A stretch of 64,000 nt of DNA. Source: an uncultured cyanobacterium. Its GTDB lineage: Bacteria > Cyanobacteriota > Cyanobacteriia > Phormidesmidales > Phormidesmidaceae. A model generated the notes under the pieces. It had not been told where the DNA came from. It searched no databases and worked only from the letters and a program-made list of their open reading frames with translations. The position numbers and the translations under genes are program-made. The stretch's first letter is position 1. The number at the start of each line of letters is the position of its first letter. Shown in pieces: positions 23,421 through 31,551 of this stretch. The stretch covers positions 19,173-83,172 of the forward strand of contig CAWHWK010000004.1 in the NCBI GenBank assembly GCA_963833005.1. The letters run 5' to 3'.

Positions 23421-24137
23421 ATGCGGGTGTTGTTAGCTGAGGACGAACCTGACTTGGGCAAGGCGATTAAGCGCATTTTGACTCAAGAAACGTATGTTGT
23501 GGACTGGGTGCAGTCGGGTGATGAGGCTTTGGTCTTTTTAGCGCAAGATGCTGCTGTCTATTCATTGGCAGTTTTCGACTGGGCGCTGCCGGGTGTTACG
23601 GGCATTGAGCTGTGTGAATGGCTGCGATCGCACCACCATGCGCTGCCAGTTTTAATGCTGACTGCCAAAGACAAAATAGAAGATCGAATTACGGGCCTGG
23701 ATTCAGGCGCAGATGATTATTTAATCAAGCCTTTTAGCACGGCTGAATTGCTTGCACGTTTGCGGGCACTAAGCCGCAGAGTCCCTGAGTTTGAGTCACC
23801 AAAAATTCGGATCGGGCCTTTGCTATTGGACTGCGATCGCCGAGTGGCGGTCCTTCATCCTGAAGCTACAGCGCAACTGATAGACCTCACCCAAAAGGAA
23901 TTTTTACTGCTGCGCTACCTGATGGAGCATCCCAGTCAAATTTTGACTCGCGATCAGGTGCTCAATCAGCTGTGGGAGTTTGGGGGTGAGCCCAGCAGTA
24001 ATGTGGTGGCGGCTCAAATGCGGCTGCTACGGCGTAAGCTAGGCGCATCAGCAATTCCAAATTCCAGACTACGGACATTTTGTCATAGCAGGAATGCCTT
24101 CAGACGTAGCGATTCCAAATGGATAGTCAAAATCTAG
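23421..24137 (+). CDS. OmpR/PhoB-family response regulator; the wHTH C-terminus is replaced by sequence of an inserted element
   Basis: The start was moved to ATG 23421 (GGAGG 8 nt upstream). The receiver domain is MRVLLAEDEPDLG..D..LPG..G. The wHTH reads LTQKEFLLLRYLMEHP..ILTRDQVLNQLW...NVVAAQMRLLRRKLGAS. The sequence then diverges (AIPNSRLRTFCHSRN..) exactly at 24049, where the repeat-bounded element begins. The canonical ..TVRG.GY.L wing is missing. Confidence 0.75.
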   Translation: MRVLLAEDEPDLGKAIKRILTQETYVVDWVQSGDEALVFLAQDAAVYSLAVFDWALPGVTGIELCEWLRSHHHALPVLMLTAKDKIEDRITGLDSGADDYLIKPFSTAELLARLRALSRRVPEFESPKIRIGPLLLDCDRRVAVLHPEATAQLIDLTQKEFLLLRYLMEHPSQILTRDQVLNQLWEFGGEPSSNVVAAQMRLLRRKLGASAIPNSRLRTFCHSRNAFRRSDSKWIVKI

Positions 24138-24379
24138 GGCAACAGCCAGTATAGTCAGCAACGGTTCAAGGCATCCTGCAGATGACAGCACTATCGCTCA
24201 GTTTCGACGGTTTACGAGCATTTCCAAATTCCAGACTACGTACACTCAAAACCCTTGATTTCTCGTTCGCCTCAAATCATGGTCAAAGTTGACTAACAGC
24301 CTTGAATGGCTGAAACCTAGCAAACTCGTTCCGCGTTGGGGCAAAAAATATGTCTGTAAGTTTGAATTTGGAATTGCTG
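24049..24379. mobile_element. MITE-like non-autonomous element (about 331 bp) with 30-bp terminal inverted repeats
   Basis: The left end is CAGCAATTCCAAATTCCAGACTACGGACAT (24049-24078). The right end, reverse-complemented, is CAGCAATTCCAAATTCAAACTTACAGACAT (24350-24379). An internal direct copy GAGCATTTCCAAATTCCAGACTACGTACAC lies at 24216-24245. A possible 3-4 bp duplication (G)CAT flanks the element. It has no coding capacity. Confidence 0.5.
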
Positions 24380-24806
24380 CATTTGCTACCAGTTGATTAG
24401 GTAGTAGAATTATGTCCTTGATTCATCTCTGCTTCAAGCTCTTTCTGTGTGACAGCACTTTTCCACAGAACCTCGAAAGTCTGATCAAAAGTATTTACCA
24501 AATTTCGACATTCAGCACGATCTAGATGAACATTAATTGCAGCGTTGCTGTGTCCATAAAGCCACGGTATATTGTCTGAATCTTCTCGACTTCGATATAT
24601 GTATACTGCCGACGACTGAGATTTGAACTAGATGATCGCCGAGGGCACTGGGTTTCAGCTTTCTGAAAGTTCAGCTATAAGCCGTCGAGTATACCATCCC
24701 ACGGATAAAAAATCGTTGTCAAGCTTGATTCCGCGTATTGAAGCTGATTCTTTATAATACCTTACTACTAAATTATTTTTATTTCTGAAATCTATACTTA
24801 CTCTCT

Positions 24807-25749
24807 TATAGAGCCCATTTGAGATCTTATGGCGTTTACGGCACAATAGTAAATGACGTCAATCGTAAGGAGCATGAGCTACTCAAGCAGTCTGACCGAT
24901 AAAGAATGGGAAATCCTCGAACCGCTGTTACCCGAAGTTTTACCAAAGAAGAAAAAGACTAAGCCGCTCGATTGGAGCTATCGAGAGTTGATTGACGGTG
25001 TTCTCTACCGTCTCAAGAACGGGTGCAATTGGGAGGACTTGCCCAAAGACTTGCCGCCCTATTCGACAGTTTACTGGCACTACAAGCAGTGGCGTGCAGC
25101 CGGTACGATTGAGAAACTGATGACGATTTTGCACGAGCAAGCAAGAGCACAAGTAAAAAAAAAGCCTAAGTGGACAACCTTAATCATCATCGACTCACAA
25201 GCGGTGAAGAACACCTGTAATGCGAGTGTGGAGTCCAAAGGATTCTGTTCGTACAAAGCAACGAATGGAATAAAGCGGCATCTAGCGGTTGATATACTTG
25301 GGTTTCCGTTCTTTACGATTTGCACGAAAGCGAGTGTAAGCGATGATACTGGATTGATTGCATTACTCACCCAGAACATCGACTATTTCCGGTCCAAGCC
25401 GATGAATATTCCGAAGATCACCATTCTGCTAGACCACGGCTATCACATCGACAAGCTGATAGCGGCACTAGAAAAGGTGTATCCCCAAATTATGCGAAAG
25501 ATTCGATTTGAGCGCTCACCGAAGCCGACGAAAGCAGAGAAAGCAGCCGCTGGCAAAAGTGGATTCGTGCCAGCGGCTGCCCGCTGGGTGATAGAACGCT
25601 CTAATGCCTGGATGGAGCGTTGCAAGAGTTTGGTGAAGAACTTTGAGCGAACGCTGGACAATGCCACGACTCAGCTCAACCTATGCTTCGTCAGGCTAAT
25701 GCTCAAGCGGCTTGCAGCTAATCCTTAGAGATCTCAAATGGGTTCTATA
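24807..25749 (+). mobile_element. IS5-family insertion sequence
   Basis: The inverted repeats are TATAGAGCCCATTTGAGATCT (24807-24827) and AGATCTCAAATGGGTTCTATA (25729-25749), matching 20 of 21. The outer TATA on each side may be the target duplication, which would make the element proper 24811-25745. Confidence 0.8.
24853..25728 (+). CDS. IS5-family transposase (DUF4096 N-terminus + DDE domain)
   Basis: LTDKEWEILEPLLP...ELIDGVLYRLKNGCNWEDLPKDLPPYSTVYWHYKQWRAAG; IIDSQAVKN; ILLDHGY; ERSNAWMERCKSLVKNFER. Confidence 0.9.
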   Translation: MTSIVRSMSYSSSLTDKEWEILEPLLPEVLPKKKKTKPLDWSYRELIDGVLYRLKNGCNWEDLPKDLPPYSTVYWHYKQWRAAGTIEKLMTILHEQARAQVKKKPKWTTLIIIDSQAVKNTCNASVESKGFCSYKATNGIKRHLAVDILGFPFFTICTKASVSDDTGLIALLTQNIDYFRSKPMNIPKITILLDHGYHIDKLIAALEKVYPQIMRKIRFERSPKPTKAEKAAAGKSGFVPAAARWVIERSNAWMERCKSLVKNFERTLDNATTQLNLCFVRLMLKRLAANP

Positions 25750-25980
25750 AAACAAAGCTATCTTATCAGATTGAAACTTGTTAAAAGCTTTATTGGGATG
25801 CTGGAAGCAACAACTCAACTTTTGCTCCCTCATCCAATAATTTCTCAATTACTTGTCTAGCCATATCTCCTGAGTATTGAATTAACTGTGCTTTACTAGT
25901 TCTATGTGTCGCTATGTATTGAAAGAGGTAGTTCATATTTGTTTCATTATTAGAACATATAGTTACCGGAGGTTGATTGC

Positions 25981-27124
25981 TATACTCTAGACGCCTGATA
26001 TTTGGACTTTTCTGAAAGGCTGAAAATTTAAGGTCAACAATGTTTCCAGAGAGGCTTTATGGGTGGTGTTGGCTTGTTCAATGCAGGTTTCAATCGCATT
26101 CTTAAAGTCATCGAAGTTGGCGTAGTACTTGGAATACAAACACTGATTTCGCACAAACTTCCAAAGCCGCTCAATCAAATTCAAATGGGGTGAATAAGAC
26201 GGCAGGTATAACAGCTCAATATCAAGCCCTTGGCTAAGCCAAAGACAAGCTGACACTTCTGATAGCGAGCATTATCGAGGACGACAGTAATGGGGACATC
26301 CAAGTCAAGGGCATGGAGTTTCAACAGCATCTGACAAATACTTTGAGCATTGATATAGCTCTCGTTGGTGACGGTGATGACCTCTTTGGTGATGGCATTG
26401 ACAGCGCCTAGGACCTTGAAGCGTTTACGACCCGATGGCGAGGCTATGAAGATGCGGCTGAAGCACCAGAGAAAGCCCAAGTAAGCCCGGTGGACAAAGT
26501 GGGCAGCATCCATAAAAAAAGGGCGCGTTCACCGGCCTGTGCTTCTGCTAACCGGGGTTCGAGTTCTTCTGCTTGAAAGGTATCCTGTTCGGCCATCTTC
26601 TCAGGGGTCGCTGCTTTCCCTGGCACGTAGCCGACTTTTCGGGGTTTCAGCCCGATGCGCTTGAGAAAGGCTTTAATCTGTGTGGGACTGCGTTTAATCC
26701 CGGTAAGCCGCTCAATCTCTGCGCCTGCTTCGGCTGAGGTGCGCGGTGGATGTGCTTCAAAATGCGCTTTGAGACTGGGAATATGCTCGTTTAATTCACT
26801 CGGGCTACCTTTGAAATTCAGCTGCTTGAGGGCGGCGACGCCCCCAGCCTCGTATTCGCGCAAGTACGTCACTAACGTCGTTTTACTCTTAATCCGACAC
26901 AATCGGCGAATGTCTTGATGAGACAGACCTTGACTCTTCAGATACAACACCTCCATCTTCCGTTGTACGTGAGGATGAGGGTGGTGATAGCGCTCGTATT
27001 CAAGCGCAGTGATATCGCTTTCGCTGAACTCTATATGGATCATGACACCTCGGGCTTACCGCTGAACTATCTCAATTTCACCATGACCGTTCAATTAGTT
27101 CAAGTTGGAACCGCCTGGAGTATA
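25981..27124 (-). mobile_element. IS630-family insertion sequence flanked by TA
   Basis: The ends are TA|TACTCTAGACGCC.. (25981-) and ..CCGCCTGGAGTA|TA (-27124). These are imperfect terminal inverted repeats with a TA target dinucleotide on both sides, as expected for IS630/Tc1-mariner elements. Confidence 0.75.
25987..27043 (-). pseudogene. IS630-family transposase in three frames (one slippery-run shift, one additional frame break)
   Basis: ORF 26444..27043 is the HTH/wHTH N-terminus. ORF 26181..26513 has FFMDAAHFVH..VLDNARYQK. ORF 25987..26256 has LDIELLYLPSYSPHLNLIERLWKF. The first junction sits at a T7 run (A7 on plus, 26514-26520). The second junction (26181-26256) has no slippery motif. 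Confidence 0.8.
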
Positions 27125-27342
27125 CGTCGATCCTGAAGCAGGCTAGATGAAACTAAAGCTAAAACCAATAAAATAGCAGAAGATATAAATTCCTGGCTGC
27201 TGATATTAAGAATGTCAACCAAAGCGACTAGAATCACTACAAAAATAGTTGCATAAATATCAATATTTCGCCCAGATCTAATGTCTTGCAGAATAAGCTT
27301 AAAGTATCTCATTTCACCTCCAGTAATGAATAAAATATACAA
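27100..27342 (-). CDS. Small hydrophobic protein, 3' end truncated by the IS630 insertion
   Basis: The likely start is MRYFKLILQDIRSGRNIDIYATIFVVILVALVDIL..., with two predicted TM helices. The last 8 codons lie inside the IS630 terminal repeat (27100-27124). It is AT-rich and I recognise no family. Confidence 0.35.
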   Translation of the reverse strand: MYILFITGGEMRYFKLILQDIRSGRNIDIYATIFVVILVALVDILNISSQEFISSAILLVLALVSSSLLQDRRILQAVPT

Positions 27343-27353
27343 AAAAGATTCAA

Positions 27354-27818
27354 TTATGCATAATTAACAATAACTTCTAAAGGGTTATACTCGATTTCTA
27401 TTCTGCCTCCATATTCAATTTCAGGTATTGATGGTGCAATTATTTCGACAATTGATGAATTTTGAAAGTGACGCTTTTTCGTTTCTGGATGAGGATAATA
27501 TATTAAACAGTCATATCTCACATCTTTAAATAAAACTCGACAATGTGAAAAAGAAAAATCTTCAGGTGGATGTTTATCAGTCCACTCGACATTCCGAAAA
27601 GTGAACTCAGGCTTTACTAATTGAAAGGTGTTTGGACTAATCGAAACGTTTAATGTTCCTTTTAAGAAGCTTGTTAAGTCTAAGCCTAGCTCTTTAAAAA
27701 ACGGGATCTGCATTTCTATTGTCCCGCAAGGGTAGGGATTATCTAATGCAGATCCAGATGCTACCTTATGCCCACGTTCTATAATGCCATCTACTTTCTG
27801 CCAATAACTGTCGGTCAT
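27354..27818 (-). CDS. DUF120 / archaeal-type (CTP-dependent) riboflavin-kinase-like protein
   Basis: It shows G..ERGHKVASGSA, then KGTLNVSIS (the GTLN motif of DUF120 kinases), then SSIVEIIAPS. The latter compares with SSEIIEIIAP, which I recall in Methanocaldococcus RibK. It is a low-GC gene. The family call is by eye only. Confidence 0.5.
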   Translation of the reverse strand: MTDSYWQKVDGIIERGHKVASGSALDNPYPCGTIEMQIPFFKELGLDLTSFLKGTLNVSISPNTFQLVKPEFTFRNVEWTDKHPPEDFSFSHCRVLFKDVRYDCLIYYPHPETKKRHFQNSSIVEIIAPSIPEIEYGGRIEIEYNPLEVIVNYA

Positions 27819-28237
27819 CTAGGGTATCTCACTTGGCTCTGACATCTATAGGTGATCATAGGGTATTACCAGCATGGCTCGTAGATTAGTACACGTTCTA
27901 CTATCAAATTTTAAGCACCATCCCACCAAGAATCTCACGCTAGCTCAGCCCCTAGCACTGATATGTAAGCTCTCTGTACCCCCTAGCCGAGGACTTTGCG
28001 GCATAACTATTTATTAGAGGGAAAGATTCCGCCCAATATTCCCATATGTCAGATTAGGTGGAATCCGTCTGCCTGATTACCCTATATGGCAGATTAGGGA
28101 AAAGTTTCAGTATAATCATTCCTCTTTTGCCTGGTACAGCGTAGGCTTTATTTACATTCAGCCACCAATGTTTACTCAATGCAGCCTTCTCAAACTCGTT
28201 CTAAGAAACTGCTCGCTTATGTATGAGTTTGTTCGAC

Positions 28238-29812
28238 TCAGCCACCAACAGAGCCTGCCATTGGACGTTTTATGTACTGCCCTTGAGGCGTACCCATTAT
28301 CTGCCCTTTGTCATAGATCAATCGGCCTCGCAAGAACGTACTTTTTACCTTTCCTGTCATCTCTTGACCTTCTAAAGGGGTATATCCCTGCTGCGATTCT
28401 GACTCGGTTGCGCGTACGATAAAAGACTCGTTAGGATCTAGCAAGACCAAGTCCGCATCATAGCCTATGGCAATATCTCCTTTGCTAAAGAGTCCAAACC
28501 GCTGAGCCGGGTTCCAACACAACAGTTCCGCCATGTGAGAATACGCTATTCCTCGCTTGCTTCCTTCACTAAAAATCCCCGAAAGTAAATACTCAGTTCC
28601 GCCAAACCCTGACTTGGCCAGCCAGATATTTTCTGGCTCGCGCAGGCTGACCTTTTTCTCTGCTGAACAGCAGGCATGATCGCTCACAATCCAATCAATC
28701 TGCCGGTTCAATACCGCTTGCCACAAAAATTCCACATCAGTCCGAGAGCGAATCGGCGGATTCACCTTGGCCCATTTGCCGGTTGGCGCATCTACATCCA
28801 ACAATAAATGTCCGACTGTCACCTCTCGCCGAAAGTTGATGTGGGGAAAGGTGGCCTGCATCATCAGGGCCGCTTCCACTGCCTTGCGGGAGCTGAGGTG
28901 GAGCAGGTTGATGTTTACACAGTCGGTTTCGTGAGCGAGGTACGAGGCGATGCAAATGGCTAGCCCTTCTGAGTGAGGCGGACGGGCGGCGCTGTAGGCT
29001 TTGAGGCCGGTGAGGGTGTTATCTTGCTTGACGATTTTGGTGTAGGCGCTGAGGATTTCAGCGATTTCGCAGTGGAGGCTGAGGCTGAGAGTATCTTTGG
29101 CTTCTGGGTGGGCGGCGGCGAGCTGGCTGAGGCTGCGCATGATGAACTCGAAGTGGGCAAAGTCGTAGCGTTCTTCGGGCTGAATCATCAAGAACAGATT
29201 TTGCTGATCGGAGAGATCGTGGAGACCATACCCGCCGTAGAACATGAAGATTTTGAAAGAAGAGACGCCGTGCTGCTCGTATAGCCACTGCATTTCGTCA
29301 ATGTGCTGCGGGCTGATTGGAGCAATGTGAAAGCCATAATCAACAAAGAAATTGCCCTCTGATAGTGCCAGCACTTCTGGGAAAAATGCCTGGTACGGTC
29401 CGCCTTTGTTCAAGTAGTACTGGCCTGTGCGGATGTAGTTTAGGCTGGTGGTGACACCTCCCATAGCGGCGGCTTTGCTTTCAGTGATGGCGTCTTTGTC
29501 GAGGGATTGATAGATGCCGATGTGCATGTGGGCATCGACGAGGCCGGGGAAACCGAGGAGGCCCTGGGCGTCGAAGATTTCTTTGCCTTGGTTGGGGCTG
29601 ATGTTGGGCGCGATGCGGGCGAATTTGCCATCTTTGATGCCTAGATCGAGTGTTTCTAGCCCAGAGTTGTCCGTAGAGTGACGAGGGCGCACTACTCGGA
29701 CGTTTTTGATGATTTTGTCTAGAGCTGGCTGGTCGGCAGTAGATTGATCTGCAATGGGCTGGGCTGGTCCTGGCATTTCTGGCATGATGCTGGGGGTGGG
29801 TTCAATTGCCAC
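28238..29812 (-). CDS. Cyclic amidohydrolase family protein (hydantoinase/dihydropyrimidinase/allantoinase-like)
   Basis: Pattern: GIKDGKFARI..., GLLGFPGLVDAHMHIG, GGVTT, ...SLHCE..., DWIVSDHACC, GYDADLVLLDP. This is typical of metal-dependent TIM-barrel amidohydrolases. It has a 40-aa Pro/Ala-rich N-terminal extension. Confidence 0.75.
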   Translation of the reverse strand: MAIEPTPSIMPEMPGPAQPIADQSTADQPALDKIIKNVRVVRPRHSTDNSGLETLDLGIKDGKFARIAPNISPNQGKEIFDAQGLLGFPGLVDAHMHIGIYQSLDKDAITESKAAAMGGVTTSLNYIRTGQYYLNKGGPYQAFFPEVLALSEGNFFVDYGFHIAPISPQHIDEMQWLYEQHGVSSFKIFMFYGGYGLHDLSDQQNLFLMIQPEERYDFAHFEFIMRSLSQLAAAHPEAKDTLSLSLHCEIAEILSAYTKIVKQDNTLTGLKAYSAARPPHSEGLAICIASYLAHETDCVNINLLHLSSRKAVEAALMMQATFPHINFRREVTVGHLLLDVDAPTGKWAKVNPPIRSRTDVEFLWQAVLNRQIDWIVSDHACCSAEKKVSLREPENIWLAKSGFGGTEYLLSGIFSEGSKRGIAYSHMAELLCWNPAQRFGLFSKGDIAIGYDADLVLLDPNESFIVRATESESQQGYTPLEGQEMTGKVKSTFLRGRLIYDKGQIMGTPQGQYIKRPMAGSVGG

Positions 29813-29893
29813 CTATTTTATGGAGTTTCAACTAGCGCAGCGCGTTCGTTATGATTAAGATACGTTTCTGCTCAAAAAACTGCTGAAAAGCTA

Positions 29894-30697
29894 ATGCCGA
29901 TGGAAAGCTACAACGAGTATCACAAAGACTCAGCCGAATTTCCCTTTCTCCAGAGCTTTCAAAAGCATTGGCAGCCAATTCGAGATGAGTTTACGCAGTT
30001 TATGCAAATTGCCTCCCCAGCAGAACAACGGCTAAGCGCTCAGGTGATGGGGCCAAAGAGTAAAACGATTACTACCCGTGGCAAGTCGAAGTACAACGCC
30101 TTTGGAATTTTGTTTCAGGGACTGTTCATTGAAGACTACGTTCGTACTTATCAAATTAGCTATCCTGACTACTCGTGGGCGATCGCATCTAACCAAGTCC
30201 TAGCCCTCAGAGAAAAATATTTTCCCCAGCTAGCCAAGGCCATCACCCAAGCCAACACCACTCACAAAGACGTGATTAGGAATGTATATTTCGGTACGTT
30301 TCTACCCGGCTTAGACGTAAAACTGCACGTCAATCACAATCCTCATATGAATCGTGGGTATCTGGGATTGATCGTGCCAGCAGGCGATGTAGCCATGCAG
30401 ATATGTCACGAAACGCTGCACTGGCATGAAGGTAAATTTATGGTACTAGACCACAGCTATCCCCACTGCCCGCACAACCGAACCCCTCATAAAAGAACAG
30501 TGCTGATTATTGACTTTTTTAGAACCGACCGGCCCAGAGATGAAGTTGTACAGTTTGAGCGATCGCAGGTAACACAGCGAATGCAAGACAATCCCTACAG
30601 CCTGGGCGTGTTTGGCAAGAACGACAAAGCCAACGACGAAGACTTTATCAAATATGGGCTGGCCCATCAGCTAGAGTGGGATAAGGTTTTGAGTTAA
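29894..30697 (+). CDS. Aspartyl/asparaginyl beta-hydroxylase-like (cupin, 2OG/Fe(II) oxygenase) protein
   Basis: The core pattern is FGTFLPGLDVKLHVNHNPHMNRGYLGLIVPAGDVAMQI..ETLHWHEGKFMVLDHSYPHCPHNRTPHKRTVLIIDF. This matches the AspH/LpxO-type layout (L.PG..I.PH......R.HL.L..P....W.EG....D....H...N....R..L..D). Confidence 0.6.
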   Translation: MPMESYNEYHKDSAEFPFLQSFQKHWQPIRDEFTQFMQIASPAEQRLSAQVMGPKSKTITTRGKSKYNAFGILFQGLFIEDYVRTYQISYPDYSWAIASNQVLALREKYFPQLAKAITQANTTHKDVIRNVYFGTFLPGLDVKLHVNHNPHMNRGYLGLIVPAGDVAMQICHETLHWHEGKFMVLDHSYPHCPHNRTPHKRTVLIIDFFRTDRPRDEVVQFERSQVTQRMQDNPYSLGVFGKNDKANDEDFIKYGLAHQLEWDKVLS

Positions 30698-31504
30698 GTG
30701 GGTGAACGCATGGGTCATATCGAAAAGTTCGACGCTAAATATTGGGTCAAGGTTCGCAATTCTACAAAAGGAGAGTCGGTTTTTCTGACTTGGAGCGGGG
30801 GAATCTATGCGCTGATTCCGGGTGAGGCAAAAGTTCACCTATTCAATATGGTGGGGATGAATGTCAGTCGCTCTATAGATAAGGGCGATGGTAGCTGGGA
30901 TTTTGCCTCTAGAGAACTAACTTACTATCTCGATCCTGAAACAGACGAGATTTTGCACCAGTGGGAAAACCCCTGGTCTGGCGAAACTCTGACGGTGATG
31001 CATGTGGCGAATAATCCCGTACAGGGGAGGTTTAAAGGAGACTTTCCCGCGAAGGTGGAAGGAGACTTTACGACATTTGATTTTGACTTGTTTTCATACT
31101 ACGAAAATCTGCTGGCAGGAGATGATCGTTTTTTGGAGTACAGCCCTCAAGCAATGTATCAGTCGGTGGAGCTGTTTAAGCTGACGGTGCCGACTGAAGA
31201 TTTGCGCAATCCGGAGATAACCTCGGTGCCGACTATGATTCTGGGATGGGACAGAATCGGTCCCTGGGTGCCCTGGATGAAAATGGGCGATCGCACAGGC
31301 CAAATGATCTACAGTGGATTGGGCCGAAAGCTATCTTGTTTTGAGGAGCTGCCACAATTGCTGCAAGATGAAATCAACACGCACATTTCCATCTATCGAG
31401 AGGCCCCTGCCCAGAAAGAAGACATTGCTAGCATGACCTCTTGGACCTACTTTAAGGAACATTTTGAGGCTTATTTGGCGGGAGATCGCTTTCCAATTCT
31501 ATAG
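30698..31504 (+). CDS. DUF1838-like protein
   Basis: GTG 30698 immediately follows the upstream TAA (30695-30697); the alternative start is ATG 30710. SRELTYYLDPETDEILHQWENPWSGETLTVMHVANNPV resembles the conserved DUF1838 core as I remember it. No function is known for this family. Confidence 0.45.
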   Translation: MGERMGHIEKFDAKYWVKVRNSTKGESVFLTWSGGIYALIPGEAKVHLFNMVGMNVSRSIDKGDGSWDFASRELTYYLDPETDEILHQWENPWSGETLTVMHVANNPVQGRFKGDFPAKVEGDFTTFDFDLFSYYENLLAGDDRFLEYSPQAMYQSVELFKLTVPTEDLRNPEITSVPTMILGWDRIGPWVPWMKMGDRTGQMIYSGLGRKLSCFEELPQLLQDEINTHISIYREAPAQKEDIASMTSWTYFKEHFEAYLAGDRFPIL

Positions 31505-31551
31505 CTGAGCTGTTTACATCTCAAGTTGCCTGCTCAATTTATCCCTCAATT

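Noticed and set aside
24380-24411. An out-of-frame ICYQLIR-stop just after the MITE-like element, considered as the displaced genuine C-terminus of the response regulator.
   Set aside because: It is suggestive, being one substitution from the usual IGYQLxx ending. However, no simple excision of the element restores the frame, and about 10 residues of the wing would still be missing. It is mentioned only as a hint.
27819-28237. Direct repeats ATATG(T/G)CAGATTAGG at about 28043 and about 28083, considered as island att sites or a MITE.
   Set aside because: Only two short copies occur, 40 bp apart, with no inverted-repeat structure and no matching copy at the other island border.
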